Positions 1 to 18,295 of a stretch of 64,000 bases of DNA are shown piece by piece. Positions within the stretch are counted from its first letter, which is position 1. Each line of letters begins with the position of its first letter. This DNA is from Bugula neritina (Eukaryota > Animalia > Bryozoa), in NCBI GenBank assembly GCA_964035545.1, contig OZ037772.1, positions 2,790,001 through 2,854,000 on the forward strand, in the 5' to 3' direction. A program made the translations under genes and the position numbers. The notes beneath the pieces are model-generated. The model had not been told where the DNA came from and searched no databases. It worked only from the letters and a program-made list of their open reading frames with translations.

Positions 1-2481
1 GAGCTACAAACCTGAGGCTAGAAATATATGGATATTTGAAGAGCTGCACACAGATAGTGGATAATTATAGAATAGAGCTGGCCTTGAGTAAGACAATGGG
101 CAGACAGTCTCTGCTGGACACAGTACAACATGCAGTTGATAAGTTCAATGATGCAGGGATTGTGAGAGACTACAAAGAGATGAGTGAGAAGGTGGAAAAG
201 GCTACAGATATTGGTGTAATAGAGAAGTGTGTACTTCCAGACAGCATCTTGGTACCAACATGTAGGTGGAGTCTATAAATAGTAACACTAACTATAAATA
301 ACTTTCTGCTTGTAATCATGTGAGTTGCCTTCACTGAATATTTTAATAGTAGAATAAGTAGATAGAGTTTATTTATTAGAGAATTGAGTTTTGTTCTACT
401 TTAACATTATGAAACATTTCTGCAGTGTTTCAGAGTTTATGATGTATAAGTGAGCTGCTAAACTGTGTCATGCTGACTACCTGCTGTCAGTATTAACAAG
501 ATATTCTCACTTAGACCTGTGCATCACGTAGCAACTTGTAGTAACTACAGACTGATTGTATTTAAAACATCTTTTTATTTCAAGTTTGAAAAGCTGTTTC
601 CCACCTCCTCAGGTGATGAGATTCTCAAGTTATAGAATTGTTATTTTGTTGTTGCAGACAGTGAAGACAGTCTGGGACTGAAGCTGCTGCAGCCACCAGC
701 TTCTCTACAGTCTGATGGACTTCCTGTACGTGACTGGTGTTTCACAGTAAACATCTCAGCTGATGGACATCTGATGTGTGTGATACGAGAAGGTGTAGAA
801 GTAATAAATAGAGAGACTCTGGATACTATCAGCTCAGTGAAACACACCAACACTACAAGGTGGGGGGAGATAATCCAACCTGAAGGGGTGATGGTTGCCA
901 GCTGGTATAATGAAGAGGAGAAAACAGCTGAAGTCGCACTTCTTGATCCGAACTCCTTTGAGAAGACTCGCTCTCTCTACAAGCAGTCAGTAGATGAACC
1001 CACTTACTATAGAATAGCTCAGCACGACTCACTGCTCTGTATTGTAGACTACAGTAAGAAACAGCTGGTAGTCTGTAATCTAGTTGACAATAAAATACAG
1101 AAGTTCCCACTTCCTGAGATGAAGAACCCTCGTCCTGTATACATCCTCCCAGACTCAACTCTCCTCATAGGAGACTGGGCAGATGGTAAAGTGAGAAGAT
1201 ATAAAGTGGAGAACACAACTCTCACTCTAATGTGGGATTTTCCTCACATCTCAGTACCAACTGGTATTTCCTTTGATCCAACATCTGAACTGATTCACAT
1301 CTGTACACTGGGAGGACCTCTCCTCATTCTCTCACTTGAAGGTAAATACTCTGTTTATTATAGTAAGTTTAGTTATTTTATATATAATTATGTTGTAGTA
1401 AATAATATATTTTAATAATTAACAGTAAACAACTTCCACTCATAAGATATATTATGATATTGTTAGTATTTATCAACTCACTGATGTTATTTTTAGCTAA
1501 AAGTTATGTAATAAAGACTGTAACATGCTGATAGTAGATGTTATATTCTTCATCACATGACTTGTAGCTAATAATAATATTAGTGAATAATACTGCCTCC
1601 CTACAATAAGTTTATTTCCAGCTGCAGTAACATGCAGGATGTAAGCACAGGTAAAAGTGTATAATATACTGTATAGGTTTAAGGTGTACTCTGTGTAGTG
1701 TGCAGTGAGCTCTTAGTAAACTCTCTATTCAGTCTTCCTTTCCAAGGGTTCACCTGGTAGAGTAGAGGATAGGGACTCCACACTGCTAAGTGAGTTGGTG
1801 CTGCAAGGGGTTCAAACCCACCTATCAGCATGTATAGTTAGTATACTATGCAAGTGTTTTACAGTAATTTTAGAGGTGCTCAGTCTAACAACTGTACAGA
1901 ATGCCAGCTACATATGAGTTATAAGTTGTAGTTTGACTTCAGTCTAGTGCTGCTATTGTTTTGGTTATCAGATAATTTAAATATAAATAATTTGATACTT
2001 TTTGACTGCCATTACTGAGACTATTGTAATTTGATGATGGCTGGTAGAGCAGTGTTTGCTGGTGGGACTCAGTTGGCTGTGGTTGGTTCTTGTCAAGTAT
2101 TTAATATGTGATAATGTTGGAGTAGCTGCAGTAGTAATAAAAGTACACACGTGGGTGTGTTCTTGTTAAGAGCCACAGGCTAAGTTTGTGAGTCAAGGTC
2201 AATATTGTTGTATAATGAGACACTATTATCTGCTCTATTTGAGTATTTACTTCATGCATGTAACCTGCTTAGTTGCATCTTTAAAGGCAGTCTGTCTGTT
2301 TCTCTCAATACACACTAACTGACACAATATGATGCTATTATTTACAGGTCAACTGGTGCTCACTGTTCCCAGAGAAAGTCTTGGTGTTAGTGACTGGGTG
2401 GGGGACATTGCGGTGTGTAACAGAGACACAGTGTTTCTAGCATGTAGAGATGGTTTGAGGAGATACACAATAAAATACTAA
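1..2481 (+). CDS. TRIM-family E3 ligase with NHL-like beta-propeller, paralog 1 (3' part only; exons <1-261, 658-1341, 2348-2481)
   Basis: GT-AG junctions join in phase 1 into an open frame (coiled coil, propeller, ...GLRRYTIKY*). Near-identical to exons 5-7 of the complete gene at 48070-63139. AATAAA at 2662-2667. Confidence 0.85.
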
Positions 2482-3119
2482 ACTTATCAGCTACAGTCTA
2501 CTAATAATCAGCTCAGTCAGTGAGGTCCTGAGAGATGAATTGGATAATATTTGTCATCAACATAATTATTTCATCACAATTCATCAATACACACACTCTG
2601 TAATTATAGTTAGATAAGAGATGTTTTACTGTATCAAATATGTGTTGTTATTTTACCATCTAATAAAGTTCATTTGCTAGCGAAAATATAGTCTGTTTTC
2701 ATGCCTCATTAGCTTTAGTTCAAGTTGAGTTCACTTACTAAAAAATAATCTTTACTGGAGCAGTAACTGTAAATGACTTGTCTGCAGGAGAATTTATTCA
2801 CTGAATTGACATGCAGGTGCAAGTACCTCCAACATGACTAAGTAAATTTATTCCAACCATTCACAATGTTATACATTCCATTGCTGTGCAAACAATAGCA
2901 TTGAGTAGCCAATCAAATTGTTTCTTGTCATGCAATCAGGAATCTGATAAATAATACATAAGGCAATCAACTAGATATAAACACTGTATTACTCTACACA
3001 TGAGCTGTCTGTGATACAGCTGCTTGGTGAAATGTGTGTAATTTGATGAGTTTAGTTCAATTGGTTGCAGTTTAATTATGACATATTCACCATTATGTAA
3101 TATTAGAGGACAACTCCTA
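1..3119 (+). repeat. Segmental duplication, copy A (pairs with 60756-63795)
   Basis: Collinear high identity across exons, introns and 3' flank, from GAGCTACAAACC to GGACAACTCCTA. Confidence 0.95.
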
Positions 3120-3550
3120 TCCAGTGTGCAGTGGTAGTACACTATTAGTCAAAGGGAGTGCTCAGTATAATATAAATAGCTGACCTCTCCTACACCAACA
3201 CTCCTGAACACCAGGTAGACGACAAGAACTCTTGAACACCACTCAGGTTAAGGGACTCCACCCACCCAGGCACCCCTGAACACCATCCCAGGCAGACGTG
3301 TTCCGGATCACAGTCTTAACTCCTCACAGACTAAGACAGGAGCTGGAGTCATCCTCACAGCCAAGCAACCCATGCCAATATACCAACCCTAGCTAACCTG
3401 AATACTACAACTTATATATTATAGTATAATTCGGAATAACTCCTAAGTAGCATATTTCTGTTAAAATAACATTAATAATAAACAGATAAATTATATATTT
3501 ACTGATTCAATCACTATTTGAGTTTTCAAATTGAAATTCAATAAGAGACA
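3120..3550 (+). mobile_element. Possible solo or truncated LTR at the duplication breakpoint
   Basis: TATAAATAG (~3171), C/A-rich body, AATAAA (~3477), ends ...AAGAGACA. No 5' TG or TSD identified. Confidence 0.25.
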
Positions 3551-4053
3551 TCAGCAAGTAATAATCATATGTTATGTGATAATACATGCAACAAAAAGGC
3601 ATCACTCTAAAATTTAACAAAATGTATTAGCAGTTATCTATACTGAGATTATAACGTAATAATAATGTTGTATAAAGTACTAAACTATCAACCCCTCTCA
3701 TATTATTATTTAACCTTTGACCTACAAACAATGATTTCTTGTTGCTATACTGTCTCTTGTCTAGTTGGCTTATAGAAACAGTTTCAATCTAACAAGGTAG
3801 TGTTGATACAAATCAGAGTATATAAGCTCAACAATAAAACATAAGAAATAAATATCCTCAATATCCTAAGGAATATTCCAGAGAACACTGCAGGCTGAGC
3901 TAAGATATTTTACAACTACATGCAGTTGACATATCTTCATGAATTGTGGACCATTTTGGTGCTTCTGCGTGCACAGACAAGTTGTAATGACTCCAACAGA
4001 AACTTTCTCATTAGGTTTCAGTTCATCTTGAATATAGTACATCTTTTTGTCAT

Positions 4054-4240
4054 TTGGCCTCAATATTATTGATGATACGCCACCTTGTTTGGCCTCAATA
4101 GTATTGATGGTAGACTACCTTGTTTGGCCTCAATAGTATTGATGGTCCACTACCTTGTTTGGCCTCAACAGCATTGATGGTACACTACCTTGTTTGGCCT
4201 CAACAGCATTGATGGTACACTACCTTGTTTGGCCTCATTA
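4054..4240. repeat. 35-bp minisatellite (~5 copies)
   Basis: Unit TTGGCCTCAATAGTATTGATGGTAGACTACCTTGT. Confidence 0.9.
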
Positions 4241-4900
4241 GTCTTGCTAATATAAAATTAAGAGCACAACTTGCAAGATTTAACTAATTTAACTTGGTTC
4301 ATATTATGATGTTAATATGTTGACATTTATAACCTCTGATATATTTCTATGTTTATAACCTATCAATATGCTCTGATCTACAGTCTTTATTGCCATTCAA
4401 GGTGTTGCTCACTGCTGGTCAACCCCATTAACCCCCAACTTACTGTCTACATAGAAAACTGTCTACTCTCCCTCCATGGTACATAGCTCATACAATGTGT
4501 ATAATTATTTGCTTTTGCACATTCATTACATAAAATACCAGCCATTGTGCTAAAAGTAGAGTTTTGTTGTAGTCTCACATATTGGAACATGGCCTTAAGA
4601 TTTGTAGTATCTGAGGCTTTTATTAAGCTAATGCAGGAGAAAATTGCTAAGAATTTACTGCAGTGAATCTTTGTATAAACATTACTTATGAAATGCATAT
4701 CTGTGGAATACTTGATCTACTCTGTATCATGTAAACTAACTTACACACAAGTTATATACAGCTACTACTTGATAAGGAAGTAATAGACTTACACTAACAG
4801 AGTTATTGACATGAAAAAGTAAATAATATTTAATTTGTGATGACTAAGTAAGTGGATGATGAGTCATAAACCAGTCAAAAAATAATTTCTACAAACAAAC

Positions 4901-5865
4901 TTTATTGAGTAAATGTGACTACAGAGTCTTGACAACATAGCAGAGTAAATATGTTACATAATCATTACTAATCAACATCAAATACTGCATATAAACAGTG
5001 CAAGTCCTGTGGAATATATAATATTATACTGTGAGTAGAACACAATATATTATATTTGACATGTACTATTGATGACCTCACTGAGCTGATTATTAGTAAA
5101 CTGTAGCTGATAAGTTTAGTATTTTATTGTGTATCTCCTCAGACCACCTTCACATGCTAGAAACACTGTGTCTCTGTTATACACAGCAATGTCCCACACC
5201 AAGTCACTCACACCAAGACTTTCTCTGGGAATTGTTACCATCAGTTCACCTTTAAAAAATATAATGTCAGATTGAATCAGTTTGAGACAAACAGACAGAC
5301 TACAGTGATATCACAACAGCTGACACAACTACATGCAAGTTTTTACTTTCCAGTATAATATAGTAACTAAAATATATTCGATAATAATACAATAAATTTC
5401 AAATATATTTCTCACTCAGAAAGACTTCCTTTAAAGATGCAAGTAAACAGTCTATGTTGAAGATAATAAAGTTCTACCAGTCAGTATTGAATAATTCACT
5501 GAGCTGCTCTACTGTTTACTTCATAATAAATGACAACATGGAGAGACTCAACATAGAAATTTACCCCCTCAGCAAATATGATTATACAGGAGAGAAGATA
5601 TATAATATAAGTATTACATACATGAAGTAAATATTCTAACAGAAAATAATGTCTCATTATACAACTGTATTGACCTTGACTCACAAACTTAGCCTGTGGC
5701 TCTTATATAGAACACACCCACATGTCTACTTCTAATAATACTGCTACTGCAGCTACTCCAACATCATCACATATTAAATACTTGACAAGAACCAACCGCA
5801 GCAACCTGAGTCCCACCAGCAAACACTGCTCTACCAGCCATCATCAAATTACAATAGTCTCAGCA
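4901..5865 (-). pseudogene. Inverted third TRIM-paralog fragment: part of the last intron, last exon (5249-5116) and 3' UTR
   Basis: Minus strand reads aag|GT GAA CTG... = (G)ELMVTIPRESLGVSDLVWDIAVYNRDTVFLACEGGLRRYTIKY*. Region 5600-5865 matches intron sequence ~2010-2260. Minus-strand AATAAA at 4901-4906. No upstream TRIM exons. Confidence 0.85.
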
Positions 5866-5866
5866 A

Positions 5867-6165
5867 TTATTACATGATATAAGATATATTACATAATATA
5901 AGATATATTACATAATATAAGATATATTACATAATATAAGATATATTACATAATATAAGATATATTACATAATATAAGATATATTACATAATATAAGATA
6001 TATTACATGATTTAAGATATATTACATAATATAAGATATATTACATAATATAAGATATATTACATGATTTAAGATATATTACATAATATAAGATATATTA
6101 CATGATATAAGATATATTACATAATATAAGATATATTACATAATATAAGATATATTACATAATAT
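5867..6165. repeat. 19-bp minisatellite
   Basis: Unit ATATTACATAATATAAGAT, ~15 copies. Confidence 0.95.
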
Positions 6166-6389
6166 TTATATACTCTTTCTATAATGTATAATCTTGCATA
6201 CACATACAGCCATTAAAACCTCTTGCCATTTAGTTTGAGTTTATCAATTTAGACACAGAATGCATTTGATCTTCAGTCCCATGACTGTCAAAACAGCACA
6301 TTTCACATTCATTGGTTATACAAGAGATTGTTTCCCCAATAATAGCAGCGTTACTCTAAATTGAAAAAAAAAACTATAAAGTTATCAGC

Positions 6390-6812
6390 TAATTAAACAG
6401 AGTCATCTAAAGGGTATAGATATAGAATAAGTCAATTGAATAGAGTCATCTAAAGGATATAGATATAGAATAAGTTAACTAAATGGAATCATCTAAAGGG
6501 TATAGATATAGAATAAGTTAATTAAACAGAGTCATCTAAAGGATATAGATATAGAATAAGTTAATTAAATGGAATCATCTAAAGGGTATAGATATAAAAT
6601 AAGTTAATTAAACAGAGTCATCTAAAGGATATAGATATAGAATAAATTAATTGAATAGAGTCATCTAAAGGGTATAGATATAGAATAAGTTAATTGAATA
6701 TAATCATCTAAAGGATATAGATATAGAATAAGTTAATTGAATAGAATCATCTAAAGGGTATAGATATAGAATAAGTTAATAGAATAGAGTCATCTAAAGG
6801 GTATAGATATAG
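6390..6812. repeat. 43-bp minisatellite (~10 copies)
   Basis: Unit ATTAAACAGAGTCATCTAAAGGGTATAGATATAGAATAAGTTA. Confidence 0.95.
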
Positions 6813-7244
6813 AATGGTAACCACAGACATCAGAAGAAGCAGAAGACACTTTCTACCACCAGACGTACCTCTTTGAATGGTAACTCCCCGAGTAGGAATT
6901 GTCCCATCATGACCATGCGGGCCACCCAGAAGAAGAGGATGTCGAGTCTCTAGCAGAGTACCCGGGTAGTAGGCTTGCAGGTCGGGGGTGTTATATGGCC
7001 ACCCCATAGTTGAGAAAGGAAACATTCCGGAACTAAACCAAGTGTCCAGCACATTTTCATCTGTATAAAAGGCAGGAAATGGAACAATGTTCAGAGTTGT
7101 CTTCTCTGACAAACTGAAACTAGGGTTAATTTACTCAAAGGAAATGTCTAGTCCGTGAACAAAAGAAAGTAAATTATCAATAAGTAGTTAGAGAAATGTA
7201 GCTCGCTGCTTTACTATAAAGGAGAAGAGAAAGTTGGAGGTGTG

Positions 7245-7535
7245 TACATACTCAATACATACTCAATATATACTCAATACATACTCAATATATACTCAAT
7301 ACATACTCAATATATACCCAATACATACTCAATATATACTCAATACATACTCAATACGTACTCAATATATACTCAATACATACTCAATATATACTCAATA
7401 CATACTCAATACATACTCAATACATACTCAATATATACTCAATACATACTCAATATATACTCAATACATACTCAATACATACTCAATACATACTCAATGT
7501 ATACTCAATACATACTCAATATATACTTAACATAC
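7245..7535. repeat. 11-bp tandem repeat
   Basis: (ATACTCAATAY)n; source of spurious ORFs 7234 and 7242. Confidence 0.95.
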
Positions 7536-7710
7536 ACTTGAGCTGTCATATGGAATAGACTTACCCTGGCTAAGACTGATGACATCTGGATGTACGTTAA
7601 ACTTCATTGCTGCCTTTGACAGCGCTTCATGATAGGATCTGCCAGTCACCCAGTAGTTGTTGTCACTAAACTATGTAAAATATATAGAGGTTAAAAGGTC
7701 ACTAGACTAT

Positions 7711-8138
7711 CACGGGCTTTCCATGTATCGATCTCAGATCGATCTAAGAAATGTGCTCAGAGTGTCATATCGATCTCACGGAGTTACCTCCTCTTAAGTG
7801 AAAGATACTTTAATAGTATAATTTGCTCACCAATCTGACTGATTGAAGCTACTGCTGTCAAAAACAAGATTGTTGCAGTCTAAATTTAATGCCAGCTATA
7901 AACTATACTATAATTTTATATAATCGAGTTTTCTTAATCATCGTACTGAAAGTCAAAGTTTGGCATCTGAAAATATGACTATCATAATTAATAAGTAATT
8001 TGCTTAGTAATTATCAATAACTTATCATTTTCATTAGCAGACAGCATTTTAGCGAACATTTATTTTTCTACTTCTCAGATCGATCTTTCGTCTTTCCATG
8101 GTCTTATTGACTTGAGATCGATCCATGGAAAGCCGGTG
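7711..8138. mobile_element. MITE with CAC...GTG termini and 3-bp TSD (CMC/EnSpm-Chapaev-like)
   Basis: TIRs CACGGGCTTTCCATGTATCGATCTCA / TGAGATCGATCCATGGAAAGCCGGTG, with TAT on both flanks. Confidence 0.75.
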
Positions 8139-8263
8139 TATGTACAAGATGTAGAGGTAAAGAGGTCACCAGACTATGTACAAAATATAAAGGTCAAGAG
8201 ACTATGTAAAATATACAGATGTCAAGAGGTCACTGAGCTATGATGAACAATGTACAATATGAT

Positions 8264-8361
8264 CACAGGCTTTCCATGGACGACTGAGATCGATCTTTGA
8301 TGTCTTTTCATGGAGCGATCTCACCAATATAGATCTGAGATCGATCCATGGAAAGCCAGTG
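8264..8361. mobile_element. 98-bp internally deleted copy of the same MITE
   Basis: CACAGGCTTTCCATGGA...TCCATGGAAAGCCAGTG; no clear TSD. Confidence 0.65.
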
Positions 8362-8362
8362 A

Positions 8363-8497
8363 AAGGGTCACACCCACTCCAGAAATGGCCACACCCACTC
8401 CGGAAAGAGCCACGCCCACTCCAGAAAGGACCACACCTACTCCAGAAAGGGCCACACCCACTCTAGAAAGGCCACACCTACTCCAGAAAGGGCCACA
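8363..8497. repeat. 21-bp minisatellite
   Basis: Unit GGCCACACCCACTCCAGAAAG, ~6 copies. Confidence 0.9.
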
Positions 8498-8782
8498 TTA
8501 AAGGGAATTCATAGTTTATCAACATAAACAGAGTCTGTGGTGAATATTAGGTCTGTGCTAAACCCGCTTGCTTCCTGTAAATAACACAAGACAAGATAAA
8601 GAATGAGTCATACCTCAGCCTTAGGTTGCCCCTGGATCTGCACAAAGTAGGATGGTATCCTGTGCCCCCACCATAGCTGTCTGGAGATACACCAGTCCCT
8701 GGAGTTCCTCAGCCATTTGTACCAAGTGACTGTGTGATAGTCTGGTATGATCTTTAGCTTGCCTGATTCTACTACCTGCAGT

Positions 8783-9530
<748 letters not shown>

Positions 9531-9990
9531 TATAATACAAGTACCTCTACAGCCTTGGTTGCCATATCGTCACACGCCACATACCACTGTGGTTTGGGTA
9601 TCGGCTCAATGATATCTTTAGATCGACTATAACACAAGAGACCACGGTGTGGAGGTCATTGTTAACAGACAGACTCACATAGTAACAGTTCAACTCAACA
9701 GCATTGTAAAAGATAGTGGATATGTTAATGGAGCTATTCTTTAGGAGAACAAGAGAAGGCAACTTCTATTTCATTGAGATCTGTAACTATGAGTCATTTT
9801 ACTTGATTTAGCACACAGAGCCATATACCTCTAGCTTTTAGCTATTGTTCACAGTTGAGCTGCTAATTCCGTATCTCAGTAAGCTGAGGGACCTGACACC
9901 TCAATTCATGACACAGTAGAATTCTTACCTTAGCAGAATACCATATTTAACACACGGATCTGTTAAATTATTTGGTTCCTACACACAAAA

Positions 9991-10630
9991 GGCTTTGAAT
10001 ATACAGGATAACAGGCTATGAATATACAGGACAACAGGCTATGAATATACAGGACAACAGGCTATGAATATACAAGACAACAGGCTATGAATATACAGGA
10101 CAACAGGCTATGAATATACAGGACAACAGGCTATGAATATACAGGACAACGCGCTATGAATATACAGGACAACAGGCTATGAATATACAGGACAACAGGC
10201 TATGAATATACAGGACAACAGGCTATGAATATACAGGACAACAGGCTATGAATATATAGGACAACAGGCTATGAATATACAGGACAACAGGCTATGAATA
10301 TACAGGACAACAGGCTATAAATATACAGGACAACAGGCTATGAATATACAGGACAACGGGCTATGAATATACAGGACAACAGGCTATGAATATACAGGAC
10401 AACAGGCTATGAATATACAAGACAACAGGCTATGAATATACAGGACAACAGGCTATGAATATACAGGACAACAGGCTATGAATATACAGGACAACAGGCT
10501 ATGAATATACAGGACTACAGGCTATGAATATACAGGACAACAGGCTATGAATATACAGGACAACAGGCTATGAATATACAGGACAACAGGCTATGAATAT
10601 ACAGGACAACAGGCTATGAATATACAGGAA
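9991..10630. repeat. 23-bp minisatellite (~27 copies)
   Basis: Unit GAATATACAGGACAACAGGCTAT, highly homogeneous. Confidence 0.95.
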
Positions 10631-12784
10631 ACAGAGCACCTGTCCCAAACTCCATCTCCACAAAGTCGTCAGCTACAATAGGTATTCTCCTGTCAGCAAA
10701 AAGATGTCTCACAAATTTCCCGTGTAAGTGTTTGTATCGGCCGTCTTCAGGGTGGACAGCCACGGCAGTGTCACCTGCAATAGTTACCAGACTTTATAGT
10801 CTCTCACAGTATTGAGTATTGATATACAATTATATATTTACTGAGTGTTTACCAAATCCAACTTCACAGTCACTATACTCAGAGTACACAACTCCCAGTA
10901 AGTTAGTATCAAGCTAATTAACCACTAACCCCCTATTCACACTTACCGTATCGTACGCCGTAACAGCAAATATCAGCCATTTTTACAAATGTCTGAGCTT
11001 CCTGTACGGTGTTACGGTACGGTAGGATCAAGCACTGCTTGATTCAAATAAGTTGCGGCGGACTCCTATTGGACAGAAAAACTTTTGCGTTAATTCATTG
11101 GATATAAATGTCTAATGAAGCGTCATAGATCGTACCTAATAGCGGACTTTGAAAACTTCAACCCGCACCTTAAACCAGTATGGAATAATAAAATTAAAGA
11201 ACTTAGGCTATCTCAAGTTCTCCACTACTGCTCCTAAGTGAGAAAGTAAGAATAGTTAGAGAGATCTACTGGAGTTACTTCAACTGGCAGCAAGAGTCAG
11301 CCATTATTACGTTGCTAAGCAACAAAGCTATTAGTGACATTGATGTCTACTAACCCAACATAGTTTCTAATCTAGTTGTGGCCACAATGATCTCTTCGTC
11401 AGAGTCTTCTACTTTATATGCAAAGGAAAGGAGAACTCCGAACTCCACCTTCTCCTTGTAGCCCGGCACAGAGAGCATAGTCCTTCCTGTCAACTCTACT
11501 TTGTCTACCTGCAATCAGTGATACAACTCTCTCAGACTATACAGGTCAAAGGTTAAACTGTAGTGTGTGCCTCTGAGTCACTGCGTTCTCATTCTTTTCT
11601 ATTCGTTCATATAATGTACATGAATGCTCGTACGAATGAATATGTGGCTGTGGTCTCATTGATGTATTCATTCGAAGATAGTCATAATGTAATATATCAG
11701 GCTGTGTCTGAATACTACTATTGGGTTAGTTACCACCAACACACAAGTCTCGCAGTGAATAAACAGTTGATGTACACACAGCCGGGAGTCAGACTGATAC
11801 TGTACGATATACCTCAATATCAGAGATAGCAGAGTTGAGAGTACAGGACCAGTTGACCAGTCGGTTAGCTCTGTAGATCACACCTTTCTCGTGCATTCTG
11901 ATAAACGCTTCGTTCACCGCTTTTAAAGATTTCTAATAAACAAGTATATATGAGTCATGTGTCAAGTGTGAGCTGATTGGAGACCAGGCCTCATGATTAA
12001 CCAATCATAGAGAGGATAACACACTGAGTCAGTAAACAGCCGACACGGCATATAGACTCCACTACTCAAACATAATATATGTATAGAGAGGATAACTCCT
12101 CACCTCATCCATAGTGAACGTAGTTCTGTCCCAGTCATAAGACCCGCCCACTTTCCTCAACTGATGGTAGATTCTGTCTCCTTTTCTATAGAAATTATAT
12201 AATAACACTGACCAATCATTGTGCTGCAAAACTTAGTTATATTAGCAACTTAAATAATGAGATCAATGATAGAGTGTGATGAAGTAAACCTATATTTAAC
12301 TTTTTGTATATTCAATTATATATATTAATTTTATCATATTATCATATATATTATATATTATCTTATATCAAACTGTAGCAACTGCACACCAATAAGATAA
12401 AATAAGAACTCAAACCCGAATACTAAGTCGCTATGAAATGCATTTTCAAGATAAAATATTCCCTTACTGGTTCTTCCAGTCCCACACTCGTCTCACAAAC
12501 TCATCTCGTCCCAAATTGTGTCGAGTTTTATTCTCTTCTCTAGTGCGTTTTTTCTCGACGACAACTTGAGTGGCTATTCCTGCGTGGTCCCATCCGGGTA
12601 CAAACAGTGTCACCTTCCCATTCATCCGGTGCCTGACAATACAACAGAACTGACACCTGCAGACACCTGACAACACAAGCATATCAGACACCTGTAGATA
12701 TTCTGGAAAGGTGCTGAGAGAAATATCTGTGGTTGAAACAACATCAATATAATAGATGAATGACTTATGCCAACTGGTACTTAA

Positions 12785-13553
12785 AGGATTGCTCTATCTT
12801 GTCTAATAAATGGCCATTCAGGTCAAACACACATAATATTGTGTTTTTCTAAACATGCATTGACAAAAAGCATTTGATCAAAGGTAGAAAAAGTTAGTTG
12901 AAGTTGAGGGTGTAGATTGGTAACAGCCAAAACGCCGATTTTGAAACGAGCTGGGAAATGTGACGTAACAGCGCCAGCATTCCTGCTGGTCACGTGACTA
13001 TACAAATGAATAACTATAGAAATATGGCTGTGAGATGTGATCTTTCAGCTCGTAATTTGTATATTTATAGAAGTGCAAATGTGAATTATCTCAATCTATA
13101 GTTTTTTGACATTTTAAATAACATGTATGTGATAACATTAGGCCATATTTTGCTTGTAAACATTAGAAAAAAGCATTGCAAAAACATGCATTCTTTAGGA
13201 TGAATACCTGCGATCCATCTAAACTAGGTCAGATTGTGCAATATTACGGGCACACCAAAGCTGACCTATATAGCGCACTGTAACTGCTTGAGCGTTATTG
13301 GTTGATGTTGTGCTCAGCAACCTTGAATACTAGCGTTATAGTTAGCACGTGCAGCATAGTTACTGGCGTTCACACGTCACGTATTAGGCTATTCTTTTTC
13401 ATGGCTGAAAATTTTACCTCCCTCAAAATTGAAATTTTGAAAAGCTGTTTTCTAGGCACATATCCCTTTGCAAAGTCACAATTGTTTGCATACACATTAG
13501 ATTATAGTTCATAATTATAATGTGATTGTAATAAATTAAGATTGAGCAATCCT
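12785..13553. mobile_element. Non-autonomous Kolobok-like DNA transposon in a VARS1 intron
   Basis: TTAA on both sides (12781-12784, 13554-13557). TIR AGGATTGCTC(T/A)ATCTT. No transposase ORF. Confidence 0.75.
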
Positions 13554-14186
13554 TTAACACAAATTTTCTCAGCATTCAAAAAAGAATTAACAGGGAGATG
13601 TTCATAGCCTGTCTGTGGAACATCTCAAAGTGAGTTGGCAAGATGCCGAAATGCCATGTAGTCACCACCAGAGGAATGGTGTCTACTGTTACATGCTATA
13701 AGCTACATACACCACCAGTTTAGTGACTAGGTAAGTACGGAGTTGTCTCATCTATATGAATGAACATCTCACCACCGAACTATCGCATCCTCAACCGCCC
13801 CCGTGAGGGCGTGTCCTAGGTGAAGAGTCCCGGTCGCATTAGGGGGAGGGATCATGATGATAAACTTCTCTTCAGGTGTGAGTTTCAGCACATCTCTACC
13901 TGTTACAAAGCAACCAATCACATCTCTCTCGGTTACAAAGTAAAAAGCAACCAATCACAGTACCTGTTACAACAGAGTAACAAATCACACCTCTACGTGT
14001 TAGAAGTAACCAATCACACATTATAGACTTTACTATGATGAGAAGTGTACCTTTGAGATTATACTCAGGTTTGAAGAATCCTTCCTTCTCCCACCAAGAG
14101 TACCAGGCAGCTTCCACATAGGACGGGGAGTAAGAATCAGGCATGGGACACGTCGTGTCTAGAATAACAGAAAACTATAAAGTATA

Positions 14187-14381
14187 GGGGAGCAGCTGTG
14201 GTCTAGGGGTTAGAGCGTTTGTCTAGTGAACACGAAGCCATTGTTTGACAAAGGCCATTGTGATGTTAGGAAGAGCATCCAGTCATAATTACTCCTGTGC
14301 CACATCTAAATAAGTCCTCAGCCTGTTTTAACAAAAATGCTTTCCACCAGGAGTCTCTCACAAGGTTGGTGACTATACACT
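14187..14381 (+). mobile_element. tRNA-derived SINE copy
   Basis: Head GGGGAGCAGCTGTGGTCTAGGGGTTAGAGCG (A-box), body GTGATGTTAGGAAGAGCATCCAGTCATAA, tail GTGACTATACACT; matches 16573-16775. Confidence 0.75.
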
Positions 14382-14526
14382 GATATCTAGATATACTAAG
14401 TTGAGACTCCGGCACTCATCACACAGCAATTAGGTCACTGCTATTATCAGTAAATGCTATATTAGAAGTATACAAGTAGCAACATGGCTACCAACAACCT
14501 AGCAATGTGCACTTCTTTCAACTCAC

Positions 14527-18295
<3,769 letters not shown>

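Noticed and set aside
9929-9978. Replacement VARS1 exon (AG...GTAAG-bounded 50 nt, minus strand)
   Set aside because: No similarity to VKITPAHD, and it gives a stop in the required phase.
9991-10630. CRISPR-like array (also 4054-4240, 6390-6812)
   Set aside because: Head-to-tail repeats with no unique spacers, in eukaryotic DNA, with no cas genes.
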